DNA of 64,000 bases from Polyangiales bacterium (GCA_964202905.1 CAXNJO010000008.1:128001-192000); one strand, 5' to 3'; shown: positions 48,446 through 56,837, counted from the stretch's first letter. Notes: generated from the letters alone by a model not told the origin. A program made the numbers and translations.

Positions 48446-48633
48446 CACGCACCTCCGCGAGCGCGACGAGCCTTCGCGAGCGCGACCTCTCGAACCCACG
48501 TCGAGAGCTCCACGTCGCCAGCGCCCCCGAGCAACGTGCGTCGCTCGTCGGCGGAAACGCGAATCTCGAGCCGCTCCGAGCGGCGGTCCTGCGCAGGGAT
48601 GGGAGGCCGACCGGGCTTGCGTTGTGTTGCCAT
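48445..48633 (-). CDS. Small ribbon-helix-helix-like DNA-binding protein
   Basis: 62 aa: GRPP..RLEIRVSADERRTL..LSTWVREVAL; coupled to the integrase start. Confidence 0.65.
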   Translation of the reverse strand: MATQRKPGRPPIPAQDRRSERLEIRVSADERRTLLGGAGDVELSTWVREVALAKARRARGGA

Positions 48634-48641
48634 CGTGCGAG

Positions 48642-48670
48642 ATTGTGTCCGGACACGGAGCGCACGTCAA
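48642..48670 (-). promoter_or_regulatory. Promoter of the RHH-integrase operon with an overlapping palindromic operator
   Basis: Minus strand TTGACG-N17-CACAAT; perfect palindrome GTGTCCGGACAC at 48645-48656. Confidence 0.55.
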
Positions 48671-48777
48671 GAGAGGCGGCGTGCGGCCGTGTAAAGCTAA
48701 CGGCGCACGCCTGAAATAGACCCGCCCGCGACGCGCGAACGTCCGGGCGGATGGTCACCCCGAGCCCCCGGAGCGAC

Positions 48778-49509
48778 ATGGCCAACGTAAAGCCCGGCCG
48801 CGCGAAAGACAACGCGCGAGCCAACGTCGACGTGCCGAAGCGCAAGAGCGCGAAGGCCACGGCGACGCCTGCGAACACACGCCCCACGAGCGCGTCCGAC
48901 GTATGGGCCGCGATGGAGACGCTGCTAGGCCATCGGCGAGTGCTGAATCTTCAAAGCAAGACAGCCGGGAAGAGGCTTCGAGGCGTCGAATCAGGACAGG
49001 TCCCGGCGGCGGAACGGGCGTATTGGACCCGAGCACAAGGGGAAGCCGACGATGCGTTGCGCGACCTTGACGACGCCGTGCACAAGGCGTCGGCCCGTGT
49101 GGATGGGCTCGTCGACCTCGCGAGGAACAACGTCAACGCAGCGTCGTCGTCGTGGGTCCCGCCGCAACGCGAGGAAACTCTCCATCTCTTCGACGAGGCT
49201 CGAGGTGCGGTCGACGCGCGAATCAAGACGCGGAAACGCTCCCCGGCAAGCGACGAAGGAAGAGAGGAGGCGTTGCGATCCGTCGTCGCCCTCGGGCTTC
49301 GCCTCGACGTGAACTTCGACCGGGAAGGCAGGGATGCGTCGGCGCTACGCGAACAATTGGAGCGGCTATGCGGCGACCCGCCCGAGAGCACAAAGCACGG
49401 CCGGGCGGCGCTGATCGTTGAAAGGCTCACCCGGGCACCCCTCGACACACTCGAGCGATGGCGGCGACGCCTGCGAAAATCAGGCTCGTCGACGCTTCCC
49501 CGACACTGA
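48778..49509 (+). CDS. Hypothetical protein of the element
   Basis: 243-aa ORF after GGAG; looks helical, no motif recognised. Alternative start at 48751. Confidence 0.55.
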   Translation: MANVKPGRAKDNARANVDVPKRKSAKATATPANTRPTSASDVWAAMETLLGHRRVLNLQSKTAGKRLRGVESGQVPAAERAYWTRAQGEADDALRDLDDAVHKASARVDGLVDLARNNVNAASSSWVPPQREETLHLFDEARGAVDARIKTRKRSPASDEGREEALRSVVALGLRLDVNFDREGRDASALREQLERLCGDPPESTKHGRAALIVERLTRAPLDTLERWRRRLRKSGSSTLPRH

Positions 49510-49526
49510 TCGAAGAAGTGTCGGGG
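49498..49526. repeat. 10-bp inverted repeat at the end of the orphan gene
   Basis: CCCCGACACT-N9-AGTGTCGGGG. Confidence 0.6.
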
Positions 49527-49597
49527 GAATCGCTCGCCGCCCATCCGTAGACATGGCCCTGCGACGCCACCGATGGCGGTCGTCAAGGAGCCCCAAC

Positions 49598-49897
49598 ATG
49601 GACCGTTCATCCCGTTTCAATTCGCGGAGCGAAGAGTCGCGCGCGTTCTACACGGCTCGCCCCGAAGGCGACCTCTCGACGCGCAAGGTTGCCCCCAAGC
49701 TGTTGACACTCGACGAGGCGGCCGATGCCGCACGAGCTCCCGTGCGGAGCGTGCGGTCGTGGATCGCCGATGGTCGCTTGAAGGCGAACCGGGCAGCGCG
49801 TCGCGTGCTCGTGCGTCGCGCCGACCTCGCCGTGTTCCTCGGCGTCGACGTCTCCGACCTCGAGGTGTCGCGCGTCCGTGAAGGGGGCGAGCCGTGA
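49598..49897 (+). CDS. Excisionase/AlpA-like HTH (HTH_17) protein
   Basis: AAGGAG RBS; LLTLDEAA..VRSWIADGRLKA..RVLVRRADL. Confidence 0.8.
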   Translation: MDRSSRFNSRSEESRAFYTARPEGDLSTRKVAPKLLTLDEAADAARAPVRSVRSWIADGRLKANRAARRVLVRRADLAVFLGVDVSDLEVSRVREGGEP

Positions 49898-50754
49898 GCG
49901 CCCTCGACGTGGCGTGCGGGTTCGCCGCGCGCGGAATACCGACCTTCCCGTGCACGCAACACAAGCGGCCGCTCACCGTTCACGGCTTCCATGACGCGAG
50001 CACGGACCCCTCGACGCACGCCGCTTGGTTCGAGCGCTGGCCGGGCGCGAATCTCGCGATCCCCACGGGCACGCGGAGCGGCGTGCTCGTCGTCGACCTC
50101 GACGTGAAGGAAGGCCGCGACGGTCGCGCCACGCTCGCCGGCCTCGAGGACCGCTTCGGCACGTTGCCCGCAACGCTCGTCGTCGAGACACCATCGGGCG
50201 GCGAGCATCGTTGGTTCGTGATGCCCGACGTCCCGATCCGAAACTCGGCGGGCCGTCTCGCGGGCGAGGACGTGCCGGGCTTCGACGTGCGCGGCGAGGG
50301 CGGCTACGTGCTCGTCCCGCCGAGCCGCATCGAAGGGCGCGCCTACGCATGGCGGGAACGTCGACGACCGGCCGAGCTTCCGCGCGCGTGGATCGACGTC
50401 CTCGCACCGCGGGTGCGTGAGGTGACGACCGCGCCCGCTTGGACGCCAAGCGAAAGGCGTGAGCGGGCAGCGGCCGGGCGCTATTCGGCGGCCGCGTTGC
50501 AGCGCGAGGCCCGTGAGCTCGCGGGGACACCGAAGGGGGCGCGCAACGACCGGCTATGGCGCGCCGCCGCTGCTCTTGGCGGGCTCGTGCGCCTCGGCGG
50601 GATCGACGTCGCCGACATACGCACGGCCCTCGCGTGGGCGTGCCGTCAATGGCGCGACCGTGACGACGTGAAGGACGCCGCGACCATCGACCGCGCGCTC
50701 CGCTTCGGCCTCGCGAATCCGCGGACCGTCGACCTCTCGCGGAGGGCGGCATGA
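49894..50754 (+). CDS. Bifunctional DNA primase/polymerase (Prim-Pol, AEP family)
   Basis: FPC..KRP..GFHDASTD..W..WPGANLAIPTG..VVDLD..TPSGGEHRWF..DVRGEGGYVLVPPS; C-terminal GARND helical domain. Confidence 0.92.
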   Translation: MSALDVACGFAARGIPTFPCTQHKRPLTVHGFHDASTDPSTHAAWFERWPGANLAIPTGTRSGVLVVDLDVKEGRDGRATLAGLEDRFGTLPATLVVETPSGGEHRWFVMPDVPIRNSAGRLAGEDVPGFDVRGEGGYVLVPPSRIEGRAYAWRERRRPAELPRAWIDVLAPRVREVTTAPAWTPSERRERAAAGRYSAAALQREARELAGTPKGARNDRLWRAAAALGGLVRLGGIDVADIRTALAWACRQWRDRDDVKDAATIDRALRFGLANPRTVDLSRRAA

Positions 50755-52415
50755 CGACGACGCGCACCAAGCGAGACAACCCACCCCCGCGCGACGAGCA
50801 AGGTGTTCCGCTCTTGAGCGGTGAGCTCACGGAGCTCGAAATGTCGGAGCGCCTCGTCAAATGGTTTGGCGACGACCTCCGCTTCTGTCGCGGCCTCAAG
50901 GGATGGCATATCTGGACGGGGACGCATTGGAAGCACGACGAGGCGAAACTCGCTCAAGAGCACGCGAAGGACGTCGCACGTAGGCTCAAGGAAGAAGCCG
51001 ACGACGTCCAGGATCGCGGCACACAAAAGAGCGCCAGCCGCGCGGGCTCCCTCAACGGCAACAAGGCGATCCTCGGGCTCGCCGAATCCGAACCGCGCAT
51101 CGTGTTCACCGTCGAGGACGCGGACCGCGACGGGTATCTGCTGAACTGCGCGAACGGTACGGTGGACCTTCGGACGGGCGGGCTTCGACCGCACGACCGC
51201 GGCGACCTTATCACGAAGGTCGCGCCGATCGCGTTCGACCCCGACGCACGCGCCCCGCGCTTCGAAGAGGCTCTCGTCGAGTGGCAACCCGACCCCGACG
51301 TGCGCGCGTTCCTTCAACGGTGGGCGGGCTACGCGGCGACGGGCGTGATCCGCGATCACGTCCTCCCGGTCGCCTTTGGCGTGGGCGCGAACGGCAAGAG
51401 CACGCTGTTCGATCTGCTCGCGCGAATCCTCGGGGACTACTCGGCGGCGATGCCCGCGCACTTCCTCGCCATCCAAAAGCAAGAGAAGCACGACACCGAG
51501 ATCGCACGGCTTCGCGGCGTGCGTCTCGCGGTCGCGAGTGAGACGAGCAACGGGTGCGCGCTCGACGAGGCGAAGGTGAAGCGACTCACCGGCGGGGACG
51601 TGCTCACCGGGCGCTTCATGCGCGCCGACTTCATCGACTTCCGACCCACGGCGAAGTTCGTGCTGCTCACGAATCATCGACCAAGACTGCGCGGCACGGA
51701 CGAGGGCATCCGACGCCGCGTACTGCTCGTGCCGTTCGACAACGTGATCCCCGCGGACAAGCGCGACGGGAAACTCGCCGAGCGCCTCTTCCGAGAGGAA
51801 GCGCCCGGCATCCTCCGGTGGATCGTCGACGGTGCGCGGGATTGGTACGCGCGCGAAGAACGCCTCGAGCCGCCCGCCACCGTCATGACGGCGACCACCG
51901 AGTATCACGCGGACGAGGACGTGCTTGCGCGCTTCGTGGACGAGCGGTGCACGCGGGACGCCAACGCGAAGGCCGCACCCACCGTCCTCTTCAACGCCTT
52001 CCGAGCATGGTGCGAGAGGAACGGCGAACGGCACGACGTGTCCGCACGCAACATCGGCGAGCGCCTCGACCGGCTTGGATTCAAGCGAGGCCGAAGCCGT
52101 AGCGTCCGCTGGATCGCAGGGATCGCGCTCGAACATGACGGCACGGGGGGGGATGGTGACGATGGTGACGCTTCCACCATTTACCCTCTACACGCGCACG
52201 CACGCGCGCACACACCGAAGGGGAAGAGGGCGGGTGCGTCACCATCGTCACCGCCGACGAGGACGCCGAGCGTGAGGCGTTCGACAACCTCGGCGGCGAC
52301 CATGAGTGAGCGGCGGGCCCGTCGATTCCTCGGGCTCGTCGTGCTCGTGCTGCTCTCGACGACGTGCGGGGAGCTTCCGGCGTCCTCCCGCGCGACGTCC
52401 GAGCGTGCACTGTGA
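50751..52415 (+). CDS. P4/D5-family primase-associated SF3 helicase
   Basis: D5_N (WHIWTGTHW, LNCANGTVDL), Walker A GVGANGKST, Walker B RLAVASE, KRLTGGD, TNHRP, GIRRR..VPF. Confidence 0.92.
   Translation: MTTTRTKRDNPPPRDEQGVPLLSGELTELEMSERLVKWFGDDLRFCRGLKGWHIWTGTHWKHDEAKLAQEHAKDVARRLKEEADDVQDRGTQKSASRAGSLNGNKAILGLAESEPRIVFTVEDADRDGYLLNCANGTVDLRTGGLRPHDRGDLITKVAPIAFDPDARAPRFEEALVEWQPDPDVRAFLQRWAGYAATGVIRDHVLPVAFGVGANGKSTLFDLLARILGDYSAAMPAHFLAIQKQEKHDTEIARLRGVRLAVASETSNGCALDEAKVKRLTGGDVLTGRFMRADFIDFRPTAKFVLLTNHRPRLRGTDEGIRRRVLLVPFDNVIPADKRDGKLAERLFREEAPGILRWIVDGARDWYAREERLEPPATVMTATTEYHADEDVLARFVDERCTRDANAKAAPTVLFNAFRAWCERNGERHDVSARNIGERLDRLGFKRGRSRSVRWIAGIALEHDGTGGDGDDGDASTIYPLHAHARAHTPKGKRAGASPSSPPTRTPSVRRSTTSAATMSERRARRFLGLVVLVLLSTTCGELPASSRATSERAL
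52155..52252. other. Putative replication origin of the element
   Basis: 17-bp perfect inverted repeat GGTGACGATGGTGACGC / GCGTCACCATCGTCACC flanking a 64-bp spacer. Confidence 0.55.
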
Positions 52416-52975
52416 GCGAGCCGTTGGAACCCGACGAAACGGCAGACGTAACGGGCGAGGTCCTCGACGACCCGCCCGGCCACCGGCGAGGCGGGCAGCG
52501 CGCACGAGCCGCGGAGCTACTCGCCGAAGGTGCGTCGCCCGTCGAGGTCGCCGCGGCCCTCGGCGTCTCGCGGACGACCGGATGGCGGCTCGCACAGGAA
52601 CCGGAGGTCCTCGTCGCGGTCAAGTCGATCCGCGACGCACGAGCGCACAACGCGGCCCTGCGCATTGAACACTTCGCCTCGCGTGCCGCACAGGTCCTCG
52701 GCGAGCTCGTCGACGACCGCGAGATGCCGCCGATCGTGAGGCTTCGCGCCGCGTGCGAGCTCCTGGACCGCGCCGGCTACGGGCACGTCGAACGGAGCCA
52801 CCGCGCCCGCGTCGACCGCGAGCTCGCCGGCTTCCTCGACACGTTGAAGCGGACCGTCGACGCCTCGACCTACGTGAGCGTCCTCAAGGCGTTGCACGCG
52901 TGGGCGTCGCACGACGTCGAATCCTCGTCCGCGTTGTGGTCGGAGCAATCGGACGGGAAGGTGTCGCGGGGGTAG
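52412..52975 (+). CDS. HTH protein, terminase small subunit-like
   Basis: N-terminal HTH (AAELLAEGASPVEVAAALGVSRTTGWRL), then helices with VRLRAACELLDRAG; GTG overlaps the helicase stop. Confidence 0.55.
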   Translation: MSEPLEPDETADVTGEVLDDPPGHRRGGQRARAAELLAEGASPVEVAAALGVSRTTGWRLAQEPEVLVAVKSIRDARAHNAALRIEHFASRAAQVLGELVDDREMPPIVRLRAACELLDRAGYGHVERSHRARVDRELAGFLDTLKRTVDASTYVSVLKALHAWASHDVESSSALWSEQSDGKVSRG

Positions 52976-53018
52976 ACGCGCCGCTCTAGGGCCTCGACAC
53001 GGTGCTAACGTCGCGGGC

Positions 53019-53486
53019 GTGCTCGAGAACCTTGAAACCGGCTCGCTCTATCTCTTCCGCGATTGGCCGGTTGCAGCCGTCCCGCGCGCCGCCGGCGTCT
53101 ACACCATATGGGAGGCCGATGCTCTCATGTACGTCGGCATGGCCGGGGCTCGCCGCACGGAAGCGGAGATCGCGGAGCGGGCCACAACGAAGCGGGTCGG
53201 GCTCGCCGACCGTCTTACAAGCCACGCCCGCGGTTGGCGAAGCGGCGACCAATTCGCCGTGTACGTCTGCGACCGGCTCGTGCTCCCGACGTTGAGCCGC
53301 GAACAGATCGAAGCGGTCGCCGCGGGCGCGAGGTCGTTGGACGTGCTCACGCGAGACTACATCCGCGCGCACCTCGGGTTTCGCTTCATCGCGACCGAGG
53401 ACGGTACAAGCGCGACCGCTCTTGAGCGCCGTGCACGCGGGGGCGAACTTCGCGCCGGCAAGCCTCGTCTGAATCCCGGCCGTTGA
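53019..53486 (+). CDS. GIY-YIG nuclease-family protein
   Basis: AGVYTIW..LMYVGMA..LADRLTSH..ALE..PRLN. Confidence 0.72.
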   Translation: MLENLETGSLYLFRDWPVAAVPRAAGVYTIWEADALMYVGMAGARRTEAEIAERATTKRVGLADRLTSHARGWRSGDQFAVYVCDRLVLPTLSREQIEAVAAGARSLDVLTRDYIRAHLGFRFIATEDGTSATALERRARGGELRAGKPRLNPGR

Positions 53487-54159
53487 ACCGCGAGCGATCC
53501 GCCGCGCGCGGAAGGTGTGCCGCCGGCCCCGCGTGGGGCGTCGACGAGGACGAGCGCCTCGAGGTGCGGGTCGCACGGGGAAGCGCGCTCGCGGGCCCGT
53601 AGCGCGTCCTCGAGGACGACGACGAGGATCGGCCCGGCGTGGCCATCGACGTTGCCAGCCCGCGGAGGTCGACGGGAGCGGCGACGCCTCGACGTGTCGG
53701 CGACGTTGCCCGCGCGCGGAGGTCGTCGACGACGGCCGGGCCCTCGACGAGCGCCAAGCGTCAACGCCGGGCCGTGGCGGGCTCCACAATCGGCGCGCCG
53801 CTGTTGACGTGTTCAGTGTCGGTCGGGCCGCTCGAAGCGACGCACGGGCCAGCTACGGCCGGCGGCTTGCCGCGCGCGGAGGTCGACGGGGACGGGGACG
53901 GCGACGTCTCGATGCGCCGCCATCGGCCGGGCGTGTTGCCCACACGGAAGCGCACCCGCGGCCCGCGACGGCGGCAGCGTGAAACGCTTGTCGAACGTGG
54001 GCTTTGGCGTGGGCAAAGGCGTGGGCAACGTCCGCCATCCGTCGCCGACTTCGGCCTAGTTTGCCCACGATGGCGATCGCGCCCTTGAACCGCCGAAGAG
54101 CGCCGAAGCCCTTGTTTATAAGGCGTTTCGCGCGATGCATCGAGCGAAGAGGGCACGGA

Positions 54160-54203
54160 TTCCTAAACCGTTGGCCGCACGTTCGATTCGTGCCGGGAGC
54201 GCC
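54160..54203 (+). repeat. Right att core (44 bp; duplicated tRNA-Arg 3' half)
   Basis: Identical to 47199-47242; the sequence upstream lacks the tRNA 5' half. Confidence 0.95.
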
Positions 54204-54235
54204 CAGTTGGCGGGGGAGCGTGGGGCGCGTGCGCG

Positions 54236-54784
54236 TCAGGGGCCGGGCGGTGCGCCGCCGTCGAAGCCCGGGGGCGGCACGGGCTCGCGCACGACGTGGA
54301 CGCGCTGCTCGGCCACGGCGACGGCCCCGTCGCGCGTCTCGACCCGCGCGCGCACGATGACGTCCTCGTCGAGCACGTCCTCGGCGCTCAGCACCTCGGC
54401 GCGGAGACCATAGATTTCTTGGCGATCCGCGCCCGGAACGCGGTCGAAGCTCACGCGCACGCGGAACGGGTACGACACGATCGCGCCGTCGCGCACGCGC
54501 TCGTAGGTGACCTCGACGAGCGGGGACATCGTCGTCGCGGGGTTCCGCGCGCGCAGCGAGGTCCAGATGTGGAAGCCGCCCTGCGGGCCCGCGACCAGCT
54601 CGCCCGTGGCCGGCGGCTCGTAGGGAACGAAGCGGTCGTAGCCCGTGCCGAGTTCGAGCCAGTCCGCGGGCGGTCTCGCGTCGGGCGGGGTACCTGCGTC
54701 GCCCGTGTCGATGTCGCCGCCGCAGCCGACGCACGCCGCGGCGACGACCAGCGCGAGCTGCAGTGCGGCCCGCGCGGCCGTCAC
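54236..54784 (-). CDS. Hypothetical lipoprotein
   Basis: ACVGC lipobox-like; WLELGTG..LVAGPQGGFHIW; GTG overlaps the upstream stop. Confidence 0.6.
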   Translation of the reverse strand: MTAARAALQLALVVAAACVGCGGDIDTGDAGTPPDARPPADWLELGTGYDRFVPYEPPATGELVAGPQGGFHIWTSLRARNPATTMSPLVEVTYERVRDGAIVSYPFRVRVSFDRVPGADRQEIYGLRAEVLSAEDVLDEDVIVRARVETRDGAVAVAEQRVHVVREPVPPPGFDGGAPPGP

Positions 54785-56127
54785 GGCACCCGCGCGAGCA
54801 GCGCGATGAACTCGTCGGGCGGCACGAAGTGCTTGAGCCGCGTCACTTCCGCGCCGTCCGGGCCGTGGAGCACGACGAGCGGCAGGCCACGCTCGTTGTA
54901 GGAGCGAAGCACCGCGCGCTTCTCGGGGGTGTCCTTGTCGGGGCTGAGATCGACGCGCACCGGCACGAAGTCGCGCGCGGCGGAGACGACGCGCGGATCG
55001 CTGAACGTGTCGCGGTCCAGCTCGCCGCACGCGCCGCACCAGGAGGCGCCGAAGTCGACGAGCAGCGGCTTGTGCTCGCGAAGCGCACGCGCGCGCGCGG
55101 CGGCGTAGTCCTCCATCCACTCGATGCGGGCGCCGGGCGGCAGGGCGCTCAGCCAACCCACCAACGCCACGAGGCCCGCGGAGGCGAGCGCGATGCCGAC
55201 GCCCTTGCGCACGCGCGCGCTCCACGCGTCGTGGAAGGAGAGGTGCACGGCGCCGAGCGCGAGACCCACCACGACGAGCGCGAGCGCCCCGGCGAGCCAA
55301 GGGGTGGTGCGCTGCACGACGTCGCCGAGGCCGACCAGGTCGCGCACGTAGTAGACCGCGGCGACGATCATCACGAGGCCGAACGCGCTCTTCGTCCACT
55401 CGACCCAGGCGCCGGACTTCGGCAGCGAGATGGCGAACGTGCCGACGCACCACGTGAGCGTGCCGAGCCCGAGCGCGTACACGAACATCGCGAGTCCACC
55501 GAAGGCGACGCTGCGCGTGGTGCCGATCCAGGAGAGCAGCGCACCGACCACGGGGCCCGTGCACGGCGCCGCGATGATCGAGCTGACGAGGCCGAAGAGG
55601 AACGCGCCGAGGAAGCCGACACCCCCGACCGTCGAGAGGCGGTTTTGCAACGAGGGCGGCAGGTTCAGCTCGAATGCGCCGAACATCGACGCCGCGAGCG
55701 CGAGGAAGAGCACCGCGAGCGGCACGAGCACCCACGGGCTCGCGAGCGCCGCGCCGAACAGGTCGCCCGAGAGCCCCGCGACGACGCCGAGCGGCGTGAA
55801 GAGCGTGGCGATGCCGAGGACGAAGGAGGTCGAGAGTTTCGCGCCCTCGAGCCGGCTCTTCGCCTGTCGGGCGCCAAAAACGCTCACCGTGATGGCGATC
55901 ATCGGGAACACGCACGGCGTGAGCGAGGTCGCGAGGCCCGCGAGGAAGATGAGCCCGAGCGAGAGCCCCCACGTACCGTCCGCGAGCGAGCGCTCGAACG
56001 TCTGCGCGAGATCGCCGAGGAAGTCGGCGTGGGCCGTCGTGGGCGCTGCGAGCAGCGCGACCAGGACGGCGAGGGCGCCGGCGACGTGCGTCGCGGGCAG
56101 CGGAAAGCGGCGAAGCGGCGAGGACAT
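54781..56127 (-). CDS. DsbD/CcdA-type thiol-disulfide transporter with C-terminal thioredoxin domain
   Basis: SLTPCVFPM, AAPCTGP, multiple TM helices, DFGASWCGAC, GLP. Confidence 0.88.
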   Translation of the reverse strand: MSSPLRRFPLPATHVAGALAVLVALLAAPTTAHADFLGDLAQTFERSLADGTWGLSLGLIFLAGLATSLTPCVFPMIAITVSVFGARQAKSRLEGAKLSTSFVLGIATLFTPLGVVAGLSGDLFGAALASPWVLVPLAVLFLALAASMFGAFELNLPPSLQNRLSTVGGVGFLGAFLFGLVSSIIAAPCTGPVVGALLSWIGTTRSVAFGGLAMFVYALGLGTLTWCVGTFAISLPKSGAWVEWTKSAFGLVMIVAAVYYVRDLVGLGDVVQRTTPWLAGALALVVVGLALGAVHLSFHDAWSARVRKGVGIALASAGLVALVGWLSALPPGARIEWMEDYAAARARALREHKPLLVDFGASWCGACGELDRDTFSDPRVVSAARDFVPVRVDLSPDKDTPEKRAVLRSYNERGLPLVVLHGPDGAEVTRLKHFVPPDEFIALLARVP

Positions 56128-56246
56128 CGGCCGCGAATCTAGCAGCCCCGCGCGCGTTCGTCGTCGGGCGCCGCGCGCGCGGCATGCGTGGCACCGAACG
56201 CTTTGACCGCTCCGGTGGGGGTCGATACGATGGCGGCGCCTTGCCG

Positions 56247-56795
56247 ATGCCCACGCTGTTCCTGCTCGCCTTCGCCTCGGGCGTCGCCGCGGCGCTCGCT
56301 TCGAGGCGGGAGCTGCGCCTCAGCCCGCGGCCCGCGGTGCTCACGCTCGGGTTCGGCGCGCTCGCGCTGTTCCTATGCCTCGTGCTCGTGCCGGTGTCCG
56401 TCTATTTCTTCGTGTTTCACGGTGACTGGGCGCTGCACTACCTCGTCGACGTGGCGTCGGTTCCCTCGGCGGTCGCGCTCGTTGGCTTCATGCTCGAGGT
56501 CGCGCTCGGCGCGGGCGGCTTCGCGGTGGGTGCAGCCCTCGTGCGCGGTCAGCGCGAGCCGATCGCCGCCGCGCTCCTCGCCGGGGTCGTGCTGGTAGGG
56601 GCCGCCGCGCTCGTCGTCGCACGCGAGCGCCTCGCGGTGGTGGGCACCTGGGCGCAATTCCATGGGGGCTTCGGCCTCGCGCCGTTTGGCGTCGGCACGA
56701 TGGTCTACGAGACTGTCGTGATGGCCGTCTTCGTCGTGCTCGGGCTCGGCTACCTGATCGCGCGGGTCACGACGGGCGGTCGCCGCGGGGTGTGA
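56247..56795 (+). CDS. Hypothetical membrane protein
   Basis: About five hydrophobic segments; codon pattern looks coding. Confidence 0.55.
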   Translation: MPTLFLLAFASGVAAALASRRELRLSPRPAVLTLGFGALALFLCLVLVPVSVYFFVFHGDWALHYLVDVASVPSAVALVGFMLEVALGAGGFAVGAALVRGQREPIAAALLAGVVLVGAAALVVARERLAVVGTWAQFHGGFGLAPFGVGTMVYETVVMAVFVVLGLGYLIARVTTGGRRGV

Positions 56796-56837
56796 CGCGC
56801 GGTCCGGGTCTGCTTCCGCGCGCGTTGCGCCCGAGAG

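Larger units (their letters stand above)
47199..54203. mobile_element. Integrated phage-satellite/PICI-like element (~7 kb)
   Basis: 44-bp direct repeat of the tRNA 3' half at both ends; integrase, Xis-like HTH, Prim-Pol, SF3 helicase, TerS-like protein, GIY-YIG; no recognisable structural genes. Confidence 0.9.

Noticed and set aside
53500..54156. ORFs in the right arm of the element
   Set aside because: Low-complexity translations with no RBS or motif; treated as non-coding.
54160..54203. Second tRNA-Arg gene
   Set aside because: Only the 3' half is present; it is the att duplication.
47199..54203. Complete prophage or conjugative element
   Set aside because: No capsid, portal, large terminase, tail, lysis, relaxase or T4SS gene is recognisable in 7 kb.
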